Source of the DNA: Mobula birostris
Taxonomy: Eukaryota
Reading direction: 5' to 3'
Assembly: GCF_030028105.1 (NCBI RefSeq)
Contig: NC_092377.1
Location: 134,449,356-134,513,355, forward strand
DNA length: 64,000 bases
In this document: positions 49,402 through 62,049 of the stretch, one piece after another
Position numbering within the stretch: the first letter of the stretch is position 1
Layout: each line of letters begins with the position of its first letter
The notes under the pieces: model-generated
Told to the model about the DNA's origin: nothing
The model's input: the letters and a program-made list of their open reading frames with translations, nothing else
Databases searched by the model: none
Position numbers and translations under genes: made by a program

Positions 49402-52400
49402 CTGCAGAAACAAAGCTCTCTGTCAATACTCTGCTCCTGTTCAGATCATTGCAATACTGCACAGGGCTCTTGTGTATCAAACAGAGCTTTTCAATCACTA
49501 CACAATACCAATAACAGTCTTGGAGATAAAGCATTTTCTATTCAATCATTCAATCTTAGTAACTAATTGAAAATAGGCCTAGTCACTGTTGCATTCTATC
49601 CTCCAGAAGTCCTATAGAAATCCTGACTTCATTCCCTGACAGGGTTGAATCTGCCCCTGTAGTAAATTAATATGCAGAACTTTTTTTGGGGGATGAATTA
49701 AAATGTTCAGGGGAGAAGCATGGAGGCAACATTCCAGTCAATCAGGACGTAATGACCTGTAATTAATTTTCATGTTCTTTAGGGATAGTGCAGTCACTGT
49801 GGTAAACAGGACTATGCCCAATAGCTCTGAAAAACAAGTGTGTACTGGTTGTTCTCCACACATTATCATATCTCACCTGCCCTCAGATCCAACCTCAACA
49901 ATTTGCAAAAACATTAATCTCATCCATCACAAACACAGACTCTGCAGGTTAGGCAGCATTTATGGAGGGGAAGAGTCCCTTTACCAAGACTAGAAAGGAA
50001 AGAAGCAATGGCAAGAGTAAGATGGTGGGGTGGGGGGGTAGAGAGAGAGAGAAGCTGGGAAGTGATGGAGGAGGAACCAGAGGGAGGTGATGGCCACCTG
50101 AGAATGGAAAAAGACAGAAGTGGGAGATGGGAGAAATTACCAGACGTTAAAGGAATTGATGTTGATGCCATCATGCTGAAGGATACCCATATGGAATATC
50201 TGACAGTGTTACTTACACACACAGCCCACCAGCCTCTTGTTGGTGATTGATGGGACAATGTGAGGATCACTCTTTGTCCCAGCATACTCCTTTGGTTTCA
50301 GTACGTTGTACGGATCCTGATGGAAAAGATGAGACCAAGTCACATGCACTGCAGTGCTAGCTCACTATTTCTAGGCCAGTGAGGCAAAGAGCCTGTTTCA
50401 AACTCAAGGCAGTGGCATATTGACACTAAACAGTGACCCTTCATTGGGTTACACACAAGCTATAACTATGAGAAACAGCAGGCTGGAACAAATGAGGTAC
50501 TGACGTATAAAAAATGAAAGAGAGTACAGAAGACGGAAACCAGGAGGACTAACCTAACCGAAGGTGTGAGGCTGCTCCAATATACAAGGTGAGAGAGAAT
50601 CTTAGGGGCTTCTACAGATGGATTAAGAGCAAAAGGAAAGCAAGGGACAAAACTGGTCCTCTGGGAGATCAGAGTGCTAATCTGCGTGTGGAGCTGAATA
50701 GGGGAATATCTTAAATGGATTTTTTACATCCGTATTACTGTGAAGTAGTAAAGTGGATTAGACATTGGCTTTGCAGAGGAAGCTTGAGAGTGGTTATAGA
50801 TGGTTGCCTCTACAACTGATTGGAGCTCTCCAACTAGTGGTGTGCCACAGAGATAAGTGCCGGGTCTAGTTGTCCGTCATCTATATCAACGATCTGGATG
50901 ATGTGTAGTAACCTGGACCAGCAAATTTTGCCGAAGACACCAAGATTGGGGGTGTAGTGGACAGCGGGGAACACTATTAAAGCTTTCAGCGGGATCTGGA
51001 CCAGCTAGAAAAATGGGATGAAGATGGCAGATGGAATTTAATGCAAGGTGTTGCACTTTGGTAGGACCAATAGGGTAGGACTTCCACAATGAAGAGTAGG
51101 ACACAGAGGAGTGCGGCAGAACAAAGGGATCTAGGAATGCAGATCCATAATTCCTTGTGTCACAGGTAGATAGGGTCATAACGAAAGCTTCTGGCATATT
51201 GGCTTTCATAAGTCAATGTACTGAGTCCCAGTCCTGATGGTTCCAGCCCAAAATATCATTCATTTCTATAGATGCTGCCTGACCTGTTCCTCCAGCATTT
51301 TGTGTGTGATGCTTTGAATTTCCAGCATCTGCAGACTTGCTTGTGCTACTGACTGCAAGAGTTGGGATGTTAATTTGAAATATTATAAGACGTTGTTGGG
51401 GCCTAATTAGGCATATTATGTGCAGTTTTGGTCACCTACCTAAAAGAAAGATGTAGAAGATTGAGGGGAGAGTTAGACAAAATTATGAGGGGTATAGAGA
51501 GGGTAAGCAGGCTTTTTCCACAGAGGTTGTGTGAGATTACTAAAGGACTTAAGGTTTAGTGTGAAAGATGAAATGTTTAAAGGGAACATGAAGGGGAACT
51601 TCTTCACTCAGGACGGTAAAAGTGAGGAACAAGCTGGTGAATCCAGGGCCAATTTCAACATTTGAGAAAAATATTGGATAGGTACTGAATGGGAGGCTAT
51701 GGTCTGGCTGCAGGTCGATGGAACTATGCAGATTAATGGTCCAATGCACTAGATGGGCCAAACAGCCTGTTTCTCTGCTGTAGTGTTCTGTGACCATCAC
51801 ATTGACAACAACCGGGCTCAATGAGACAGGATGGTTAAGGATGCACAGCCCAACTGATCAGGGCAAGTGTGAAGGGCCTTTGATCAGCAAGTAATTGCAG
51901 CAAATGTCTAACCTGTACCTGTCTCACTCACCTGGAATTTCACATATGATGATGAGGCAAAGAGCTTGTGGACAGCCAGGTCTTTTATCTCTGGGTCAAA
52001 ATGGCTAATGCATAGCTTTTGGAGGAAAGTATAGAGTGTAGGTTGGAGATTGCATATATAACCATGTAACAACTACAGCACAGAAACAGGCCATCTTGGC
52101 CCTTCTAGTCTGTGCTAAACTACGCAGAGAGTGATGAGTACATGGAATGGGCTGGCAGTGATGGTGGTGGAGGCGGATACAATAGGGTCTTTTAAGAAAC
52201 TCCTGGATAGGTACATGGAGCTTAGAAAAATAGAGGATTATGGGTAACCCTAGGTAATTTTTAAGGTAAGGACATGTTCAGCACAGATTTGTGGGCCAAA
52301 GGACCTGTATTGTGCTGTAGGTTTTCTATGTTTCTGAAAACAAAGCCATTGACTACATACAGAGAATGAAATCGAGACATGAGAAAATTAATATTTGAAC

Positions 52401-55400
52401 AAAATTTTCAGGGGAATTTGCACAAATAAGTATGGATTGATTAGAGGAGAGGATGTTTCCTATGGTGGTGGAATCTAGTATTTCTTTTTAAAAGTGTTGG
52501 GTGCATGCAACATGCTGCCAGAGGTGGTGGTGATGGAAGCAGATGCAGATAGGCACATGGATGATAGCAAGATGAAGGGCTGTGTAGGAGAGAAGGGTTA
52601 GATTAATCTTACAGCAGGTTAAAAGGTCATCACATAGTGGGCCGAAGGGCCTGTGTACAGGCCCAGGCCACTAACCAACCCCCAGACGCTCTGCAATCCC
52701 ACATCCTTCACTTCTAACTTTTTCTGTTGTACATTACCAGTCTTTGCCTGGAAAACTGCCAGGATTGCGTACATACCTTCCCGGTTTTCATAGCCTGCAT
52801 AATTATCTTTTCCAGTCCTGTCGCCTGTTCCTCATCAGTAGGAATGCCTGCAGTTTAGAGAGGGAGAGCACACCAAAGGTTAGTATCTATATAAACCACT
52901 CAACACAGGGACAGTGAGGCAGAACAAGTACATCCTCCCAGTTAAATCACACCCCTAAAAGCAATTCAGAATAAAGGAAAAATATCACCTCAATCTTCAT
53001 TCCACAATGTCTCAGAGCAGGAGGTGGCATCAGGTGTGCCCTAACCAAGCTGAATTCAGCCACGGCCTCAAATGCCATGTCCTAGAAGATCTGACTACTG
53101 CGCCCTCAAAAATCCCCATTTTTTAATCAAACTACTGCAAACAATCTTGCAGTGTTTCCTCCAAATCAGCCTTTAAATTTAGATTTTCTCTATCTCTGAT
53201 CCTGCAAGTGCTCATGATCTCCAGAGTAATTACTGTACCAAACCATTGCAACATTTCCTTCCTGCAGGTCTGGAAAACTGTTGCTGGAACGTGAGCAAAC
53301 TCTCCCCCATCAGCTTGGCCTTGCCCCATTTGGATACAGTTAGTAAAGTTTAAACTCATCTAAGTCTAAGGAAAAACCAGAGAGGATGAAATAACTCGCA
53401 AACAAAAACCAGAGAGGATGAAATAACTCGCAATCAAAGACTGATTCAACTACACCAACCATATCATGACTGAATTACCAAAGGGGTTATTCTGTCCCAG
53501 CATTTCACCCAAAGCCATCAACTACTAACTGTGATCTCAACCCCAACTCTCAATCAATGCTGGGGTCAGAAGCCTCAGCCCAGCAACAGTAGACAGTGCA
53601 AGGAAACAGCCAGTAAGTCTACTCTTAAAGACCATCAGGAGCAGAATTAGGCCATTTGGCCTGCAGAGTCTGCTCTACCATTCGATCATGTCTGATTAAA
53701 TTTCTGTCTCAATTCCATTTGCCTGCCTGTCTTGCTAATCAAGTAATTACATATCTTCCTATTGGCTTTCAGAGCCATCAGAGGCAATACAATCCAGATT
53801 CACTACCCTTTGGCTAAAGAAATTCCTCCTCATCTCTGTTCTAAAGGGACATATTCAGAGGCTGTGCCCTCTGGTCCTAGACACACTCACTATTGGTGAA
53901 ATCCTCTCCACATCCATTCTATCAGGCCTTTCAATATCAGATGCACTGTTCTGTGCTGTTTTTTCTCTTCCTGGGAACATCCTTCAGTGGGTAGTGGCAT
54001 TCTCCATTTTGGTAGACTTGCCTTTACTCTTTCCCTGGAGCCAAATGCAGACAAAGAGGAGAGACCTGGCACCTCTCTGACCTGACCTCAGCACCTCTCA
54101 CATTCAGCACTGTCAGTATGCCACACTGTTAGTACTAACACCCAGTTATGAGCCTGAGAAGCTCAACAAAATGCAGCAGTACAAAGCAGACAGCCACAGC
54201 ATGATTATAGCATCAGTGGTACAGATTGTTACGACATTAGCAATCCAGAGGCTAAATCAATTGGCACCGTGATGGTGTGAAATTTAATGAAATTTTTAAA
54301 ACCGCATCACTAATGACCATAAGACTATCACATCACATAAACAGTATTTGGTTCACCAATGCCCCTCAGGTAAAAGACTCCACTTTTACTTAGCCTGGCA
54401 TCTCTGTACCCACGGTAATGTGGCTGACCTTGACCTATCATCAAGCTGTCCATCAAAACCCCACCATAAATCCAAGGTCAGAATATCAACCCAGTTACCA
54501 AATCTGGACACAGAAAATTTGATCCCTACCAAAGTCAACCTCTTACAAACATATTGGTGCTTAGATGAGTAAAACCAAACCACAGATCTGTCAATCCCAA
54601 TGTTGTTATAATCACCAAAGAGCATTGACAGCCATTCAGCTCATCAAGTCCACCCCAAACTGTCATTCTGCCCATCACGTGCCTGACTCCTTCAGAATAT
54701 TTGGGTACAACTTGAGCAGGGTAGACCATTCATTCGAAGGGTACCGTTAGGTCAAAGTACTTCAGGAAACCCTCAACATTGACCGACACCCCAAGGAGTC
54801 TCCTAAACACAAATTCTGCAAATCTTCAGCAACACACACAAAATGCTGGAGGAACTCAGCAGGTCAAACAGCAGCTATGGAGAGTCTTATGATGAAATTT
54901 GGACAAAAATGGCCTACTGACCATCTATCATCCTCCCTCAGCTCTTAACGTTGAAGCAGCACTGAGGCTGAGCAGTGTATTTAGGTGACGGACAACTCCC
55001 ATCAGCAAATGTGCCTCAGTCATACATCAGTGTAAATGGCTATATGCCAAAAGGCGGTCACCAGAAGAGCCCGTAGGCTGCGGTGAGAGAATCTAACCAA
55101 CCTTGTCCTCGTTCTTGTTACAGAAAGGGCAACCACTGCACAGTACTTGTAGAGATGTGCCCCATCTCCATACTTCATCAGGCAGTGTGTCACAACCATG
55201 GTACAAGTGATGGATTCATAGTTCAGAGTTTCCATCGGCCCTGTGGACTAACAACAGCAGAGCTGCTTTCCAGCCCAGCCATGAGCATACCCCTTGCCTC
55301 CAATTACTATCAAAGCAAAGGACCAACGTGAGTTCAATGGGTTACCAGATACTAAGGATGAGGTGCCGTCCTTACAAAGGTGAACAGTTCTACATGCATA

Positions 55401-58400
55401 CCGAACAGCAAAAGCAACATGCAATGGGCAGAGCTAAGTGACCCAAACACCAAACGTTCTGACAAAAGCACTGCAGTCTTACCACAAACAAGAAAATCTG
55501 CAGATGCTGGAACACACACAAGATGCTGGAGGAACTCAGCAGGCCAGGCAAAGAGTACTGTCGACGTTCCGGGCCGAGACCCTTCAGCCTTTACCACGTC
55601 TAACTGCAGCTGGTGGGGCGACAATTCTATGCCTGCAGCTCTAAAGGAATCCTCGTCTTCATCAATGTGCAGATCAGCATGGGAGTAACAAAGACAAGGC
55701 AAAGCTCCTCCAGCCCAGTTTAGCCAGAAGTGCTGTGGATGGTGTTTATCCACCTGTTCCTGATGGCTTCACCATCACTGAGGACAGTCACCAGTCAGTT
55801 CCATGTGATGGCTGAGAACAATGAATGCAAATGGAAACTGAGAACAGACCCACTCTAATGCTAGGTTTACTTAGAACATAGACAGGCCCTTAAGCACACA
55901 ATGTTAACTTGCTCTAAGACCAATCTAAAGATCTCCTCCCAAACAGCCCTCTATTTTCCCATCATCCATGTGCCTAAGAGTTTCTCAAATGTTCCTATTG
56001 CATCTGCCTCTGCCACCATGAAGCTCCAGAATTAACTGATAGTCAGTGAAGCTATTCCTGTACACAGTACTGTGCAAAAGTCATATATATAGACAGACAT
56101 AGACATAGGGTGCTTAAAACTTTTGTACGATACTGTGTTTGTCAACATGGAGCAGAGAGCGAGTTTGTAAATCTGGCAGGAGCAAAGGATGCTGAAAATG
56201 GCAAGGGTGGAACTCCACAGGAGCGGTGTGGAACAGGTGGCAGAGAAGGAGTGCCAGGGGTAGGGGGTGGCATGGGCGCAGACACCGCTAGCCCGGAGAC
56301 ACCAGGCCAGGTCATTTGATTCCAAATAATCATTACAGAATGGCTGTCTGGTGCTTCCCGCTCCCTTCCCCTTTTCCCAACCATAATACCCCTTCCCTCT
56401 CTCAGTCCACAAGAGACCCATATCAGAATCAGGTTTATCACTCACATGAATTTTCTTTTATGGCAGTACAGTGCAATACATAAAATTATGGCAGCAGTAC
56501 AGTGCAAAGGTTTTAGGCACCCTGGCATTATATACACTTGCATAGTACTGTAGTTACAACACTGCTATCTATGATTTTACTCAGGGTAATCTTGTTCACA
56601 GGGAACAGAAATCAGACCAATTATTGTCCAATTGGTCTACCACACACCCATCGGCAAAATTAGGCTAAAGTTGTCAACAGTGCATCAAAAATAACACTGA
56701 ACAATAACCTTTTCACCATAACCACTTCACAGCTGTGGTCCAAACACAGAACCAATGAGCTGAATTCAAAAGGTGGAGAGGGGGTGTCCGACACACACAG
56801 AGTTCTCCCAACACGGAGCACATTTACATAGAGTACTGCCACAAGAAAGCGGCATCCATCGAAGGTCCCCACCATCCAAGCGATGCTCTCTTCTCACTGC
56901 TGCCATTGGGAAGGGGGACGGTGGGGGGGTGGAAACAGAAACTTCAGCCCACACGACCAGGTCCTACAACCATCAGGCTCCTGAACTGGTGTAGGTAATT
57001 CCAATCGCCACTACTTTCAACTCACATTCTCATTGTTTGCATAGTTTGAAATCTTTTGAACAGAGGTTATTTGTCAGTCTGTGTTTATCTGGTGTATTTT
57101 ATTTCTTTTCCCTATGAATGCCCGTAAGAAAACGAATCTTGGGGTCATATATGTACTTTAATAAGAAATTTACTTTGAACTTTGAGTGTGGCATCAAGGA
57201 ACTCGACACTAAATCTTAGCAACACTGAAGCCAATGGCCATTCCTAAAGGAAAATTAATTATACAGTTGCTAGGTCACTGCTGCAGAGGTTCTTCAATAC
57301 AATATCCAAGCCAGCCCCCCGGCCCCCGCAAAAAACATCTTCAGTTGCTTTACAAAGAACTTTTGCTGTAGACGAGGCAATGTTGAATTCTACTAACGTT
57401 TCTCAGAAAGTGAATCAGACACAGCCTGAATGTCCAGGCTCAAACTGCTTAAACACAAACGTCATGTAATGTCATGTACTCCCAGTGGCCACTGAGTGTA
57501 TGTTTGTGGTCTCCAGCTGCTGTAGTCCATCCACTTGTGCATTCAGATCTACTCTTCCATACACCACCGTTGTGATGTATGGTTATTTGAGTGACTGTCA
57601 TCTTCCTGTCAGCTTGAACCAGTCTGGCCATTCCCCTCCGACCTCTCATTAACAAGGTGTTTTCACCCACAGAAATGCCCCTCACGATATTTTTTTGCAA
57701 CATTCTCTGTAAAATCTTTAGAGACCATTGTGTGTGAAAATCCCAAGAGATCAGCAGTTTCTGAGATACTCAAACCACCCAGTCTGGCAAAAACTCAATT
57801 ACCACACAGTCAAAGTCACTTAAATCACATTTCTTCCCCACTCTAATGTTTGGTCTGGACACCAACTAAACCTCTTGACCATGTCTACATGCTGTTATGC
57901 ATTGAGTTGCTGTCACACGACTGGCTGATTAGATATGTGCATTAATGAGCAGATGCACAGGTGTACCTAATTGTGAGTGTCACCATGTACTAACCGGAGA
58001 TTCATTGTCCTGCAAGCTTCCAGTCCTACCTCTGGCGGTATTGTCATTGTTAGCAATATACACAATAGAAAAGACTGAAGACTAGACACAGCCTGCATAA
58101 TGAAAGGCACCAAAGGTATGATTGATAAAAATCAAAATATAACAACAGACAGAACTTATTTAAGAAGGTTCAAGAGGATGCATGGTTTGTAAATCCATTT
58201 TGCAAGTCTTCACCAGACAGGATATGACTAACATCACAAAGTAGCTGTACAATGGATGTTATGCACAGACACAAACTGCATTCATGGGGACTGGTAATTG
58301 TTGGAGATGCAAGCTCACAGTTCTCCAGGATAGCATTTCTAGCAATGCAGCTGATGAATTCCTTTTAATTTTCCAAAATCACTTAGATCCAGGGAACTTT

Positions 58401-60534
58401 TTATTGGACTGGGAAATAGCAAATGCATCCCCTTTATTTAAAAATGGAGGGAAACAGAAACCAGGAAACTATAGGCCTGCTAACATCAGTCATAATGGAA
58501 ACTTCAAAAGTCATTTACAGATAATATAACTGATTTTTTTTAAACCAAAGGGACCTTTTACAATGGCTATGTGAATTTTAACCCATTTATAAAGATCTTT
58601 GAAGTAACAAGCTGTGGATAAACAGAATTGATAGAATACTGAAGGTTTCCATTTGATAAGGAAGGACAGCAAAGGTTATTGCAGAAGAGAAAAGCTTAGC
58701 ATAAAATAGTAACACGTGGGTGTGGGATAAATGATTGAATGGCTAAAAGAAGGTTCTTTTTCTGCAATATACGTACCAGAAGGAAACCAGGTTGGGTCTT
58801 CCTTATAAATAAAAGACCAAGGAAGACGCTAAAGGAATGTTTGATAGATTTGCAGATGACACAAAGGTCAGTAGCAAAGAGGACCATAGGATACTACAAA
58901 GAGACAGGGACAGATGGAGTGAGAGAGTAAAGAAGTGGCAAAGAGACCGTAACAAAATGTGAAAATGTCCATTTTGGCAAGAAAATGAAAAGCATTATCT
59001 CCCAGATAGCAGATCACAAAGCTTTGAGACACAGAGGAACACAAATGGGCAAGCTTGTGTATAATTTGCCATGGCAGGTTGCCGGGAGAGCATTAGGAAA
59101 GCTGGCAATCATTATCTATCACTTAGCAAAATGAGTAATGAGTACAAAAGTTGGAAGGATATGGTTCAATCTGAAGTCAAAGCCCACTGCAGGCCTGGAG
59201 GCCTGTCCTGGAGCTGGAGGAGTAAAACAGCAACAGAGCAAGAATTTCGATATTCATGTGATGACTAAGCAAATCAGAATCAGCTGTACAAGAACCACAT
59301 CTGGGAGACTGCGTTCAGTATTGATCTCCTCAAAGATGTTAATAAGCAGCTCAGGTTTATTAAGTAAACTTCTGAAATGGATAGATGGTCTTATGAGAAA
59401 CAGCTGGCCCACTATTGCTTGGAAAGGATACTAGACTGAAATATTCCCAGTAGTCTTGACAGAGTTTGCATGTAGTGGATGTTTCCTCTTGTGGGCTAAG
59501 GAGCTAAGGATTATTGTGCAGAAACCTGCGGGCACCCATTCAGAATGGCAAGACACATTTTAATTTCCCTCAAAGGGCTGAGAGAGTTCAAAACACTCTT
59601 TAAAGTGCAGTGGAGACAGACTCTTCCAATATTTCAGGCAGTGATTGGCAGACTCTTGGAAAAAAAAGAAGAAAAATACTACAAAAAGATGGCAGACTTT
59701 AATCCATAATTGGATCAGCTATGATTTTAAATGTCAAAGCCCACCTGAGTATCCTACTTCTACAAGGTACATTCTGCAGCTTGCCCAAACTCTCTCATCA
59801 CTCAGCTTCAACAATCAGACTCCGCTTCCACCCACCCAACACCCCCATAACCCTACTCAGGTCACCCACACATCCAACCGACCCCCTGGGCCTCTCACAT
59901 GCACTCCCTCCATCACCCATCATTCCCGCCCCATCCCCAGCTCCCACTCAGGTCACCCACACATCCAACCAACTCCCTTGGCTACTCGCGTCCACTCCCT
60001 CCACCCCCTCATTCCTTCCCTCTATCACCCATCATTCCCTCCCCATCATCACAACCCCACTCAGGTCACCCATACATCCAACCGACCCCCTGAGCCTCTC
60101 ACATGCACTCCCTCCATCCCCTCATTCCTTCCCTCCCTCCACCCCCCTCATTCCTTCCCTCCCTCCACCCCCCTCATTCCTTCCCTCCCTCCACCCCCCT
60201 CATTCCTTCCCTCCCTCCACCCCCCTCATTCCTTCCCTCCCTCCACCCCCCTCATTCCTTCCCTTCACCCATCATTCCCATCCCATCCTTAACTCCTTCC
60301 CCACCACTCCCCGAGCGGTTCCTTTCCAGTTTCCGGCTGGTGACCTTCAGGCCTAGGCTTTACTCTAGACCAAGGCCCTCGGCCGCCTTTCCCTTCTCAC
60401 TTACCACCCGATGCCAGTCGCCGACCGGGGACGCGGCCCATGCCCAGGGCAGAGCCGGTAGTTCGAGTCGCCACCAGCCCCAGGCCCCGCCGCCCACCGA
60501 GCAAACCCAACACCGACGCTGCTCGAGCCGCCAT
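49295..60534 (-). CDS. COX5B: Cytochrome c oxidase subunit 5B, mitochondrial; complete 4-exon CDS, 408 nt, 135 aa
   Basis: Joined exons read [16 protein letters not shown]...[18 protein letters not shown]...DPYNVLKPK...[42 protein letters not shown]. Four Zn-binding Cys (CVC, CPSC); GT-AG introns. Confidence 0.97.
50217..50316 (-). CDS. COX5B: COX5B exon 3 ([33 protein letters not shown])
   Basis: ttttccatcag acceptor, GTAAGT donor, 100 nt. Confidence 0.96.
50560..51800 (+). mobile_element. CR1 LINE fragments (COX5B intron 2)
   Basis: Similar to 39880-41105; [13 protein letters not shown] remnant. Confidence 0.8.
52777..52847 (-). CDS. COX5B: COX5B exon 2 ([24 protein letters not shown])
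   Basis: ctgcag acceptor, GTATGT donor, 71 nt. Confidence 0.96.
53372..53434. repeat. 32-bp tandem duplication
   Basis: aaaaaccagagaggatgaaataactcgcaa at 53372 and 53404. Confidence 0.9.
57483..57971 (-). mobile_element. Tc1-like transposon, internally deleted
   Basis: [23 protein letters not shown] matches the N-terminal DNA-binding region of fish/frog Tc1 transposases; caggtgtacctaat end motif. Confidence 0.75.
58330..59660 (+). mobile_element. Old, highly decayed CR1 LINE
   Basis: [24 protein letters not shown]; tttgcagatgacacaaag RT core. Confidence 0.75.
59845..60300. repeat. Pyrimidine-rich compound repeat with a 26-bp minisatellite (ctcattccttccctccctccaccccc) x ~5.5
   Basis: Unit starts at 60121, 60147, 60173, 60199, 60225 and 60251; a ~65-bp block is duplicated near 59849 and 60053. 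Confidence 0.92.
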
Positions 60535-60830
60535 CTTCCCGTCAGAGTAGGCCCCACCTCCTCGCTCCGCCCCACGTGATCATCACGTCGCACGCTGCCC
60601 CTCGAGGCCTGTGACTGGTTGGCTGGTGGACCAGCCGCCCATGTGATCGTCCAGACACCCGCCTACCCCCAAGGAACTCCGATTGGTTGGCTGGTTGCCT
60701 AGCGACTAGGCGGGGACTGTTGAGCAGGCGCAGGAGGCCGGACTGTCAGTAGCGTCGCGTGTTCGATTCCCGTCCGCGATGTTGTCTGCGTGGATTTCGC
60801 AGGAGCTCCTGTTTCTTCCCACATCCCGGG
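60370..60830. promoter_or_regulatory. CpG-rich, apparently TATA-less COX5B promoter / exon 1 region
   Basis: Dense CpG. YY1 motif GCCGCCATCTT 60527-60537, GC box 60565-60573, E-box CACGTG 60573-60578, CCAAT on minus 60682-60686, X-box-like GTTGCCTAGCGAC 60694-60706. Confidence 0.8.
60405..60534 (-). CDS. COX5B: COX5B exon 1 coding part (mitochondrial presequence)
   Basis: aagATGG start; Arg/Gly/Leu/Ala-rich peptide without acidic residues ending in LASGG; donor GTAAGT at 60404-60399. Confidence 0.92.
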
Positions 60831-60844
60831 ACTGGGTAGGAGAA

Positions 60845-61520
60845 TGGATAGACAATAGGTGCAGGAGTAGGCCATTCGACCCTTCGAGCCAGCACCGCCA
60901 TCCACTGTGATCATGGCTGATCATCCACAATCAGTACACTGTTCCTGCCTTCTCCCCATATCCCTTCACTGCGCTATCTTTAAGAACTCTATCTAACTCT
61001 TTCTTGAAAGTATCCAGAGAATTGGCCTCCACAGCCTTCTGGGGCAGAGCATTCCATATATCCACAACTCTCTGGCTGAAAAAGTTTTTCCTCAACTCCG
61101 TTCTAAATTGTCTACCCCTTATTCTTAAACTGTGGCCTCTGGTTCTGGACCCCACCCCCCCAACATCGGGAACATGTTTCCTGCCTCTAGCCTGTCCAAT
61201 CCCTTAATAATCTTATATGTTTCAATCAGATCCCCTCTCATCCTTCTAAATTCCAGTGTATACAACCCCAGTCGCTCCAATCTTTCAACATATGACAGTC
61301 CCGCCATCCCAGGAATTAACCCAGTGAGCCTCTGCTGCACTCCCTCAATAGCTAGAATGTGTCCTTCCTCAAATTTGGAGACCAAAACTGTACACAATAT
61401 TCCAGGTGTGGTCTCACCAGGGCCCTGTACAACTGCAGAAGGACCTCTTCGCTCCTATACTCAACTCCCCTTGTCATGAAGGTCAACATGCCATTAGCTT
61501 TCTTCACTGCCTGCTCTACC
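60845..61520 (-). mobile_element. CR1 LINE 3' fragment
   Basis: [25 protein letters not shown]; [24 protein letters not shown]. Confidence 0.9.
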
Positions 61521-62049
61521 TGGAGCATGTCAGAGAAAAATCATTACAGGAAAATGGAGCCATCTGGAAAGCTGGCATCGGCCTGATGGGCCAAAGTAAA
61601 TGTATTATCAAAGTACGAATATGCTACCATTATCTTGAGATTCATTGTCTTGCAGGCACTATTTGAGAATTAAATTCAGAATCATTGATCACGTGTACAT
61701 CGAAACATACATTGAAATGCGTCGTTTGCATTAAGGATGTGCTGGGGGAAGCCCATGAGTATCACCATACTTACAGGAAAATAACTAAATACAATAGAAT
61801 CAAAGAAAAACGCGCGCCACAGTTCCCGAGGAGACGTCTGATTGCATAGCTGGAGAGAGAGAGTTCAAAAGAAGCAATTGGGGCAGTTCCTGATGTTACA
61901 TTGGATTGTGCATAATTAGGCACATGGCAAGGGCCAATAAAAAGAAATTAGGTTTACGTGGAGCGGCCATTGTGTGATTGGGCCAGTATTGGAGTGGCAA
62001 GGGGAGGTGAAGGCTGTAGGTAGGTAAATTGTTTATGTTTTTTTTTTCT

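Noticed and set aside
49920-50285. 121-aa minus-strand ORF overlapping COX5B exon 3
   Set aside because: Wrong frame for COX5B, and it runs into a Penelope-like repeat.
59645-60579. Pro/Ser/His-rich ORFs of 158-215 aa on the + strand
   Set aside because: Products of a C/T-rich tandem repeat lacking stop codons, antisense to COX5B intron 1.
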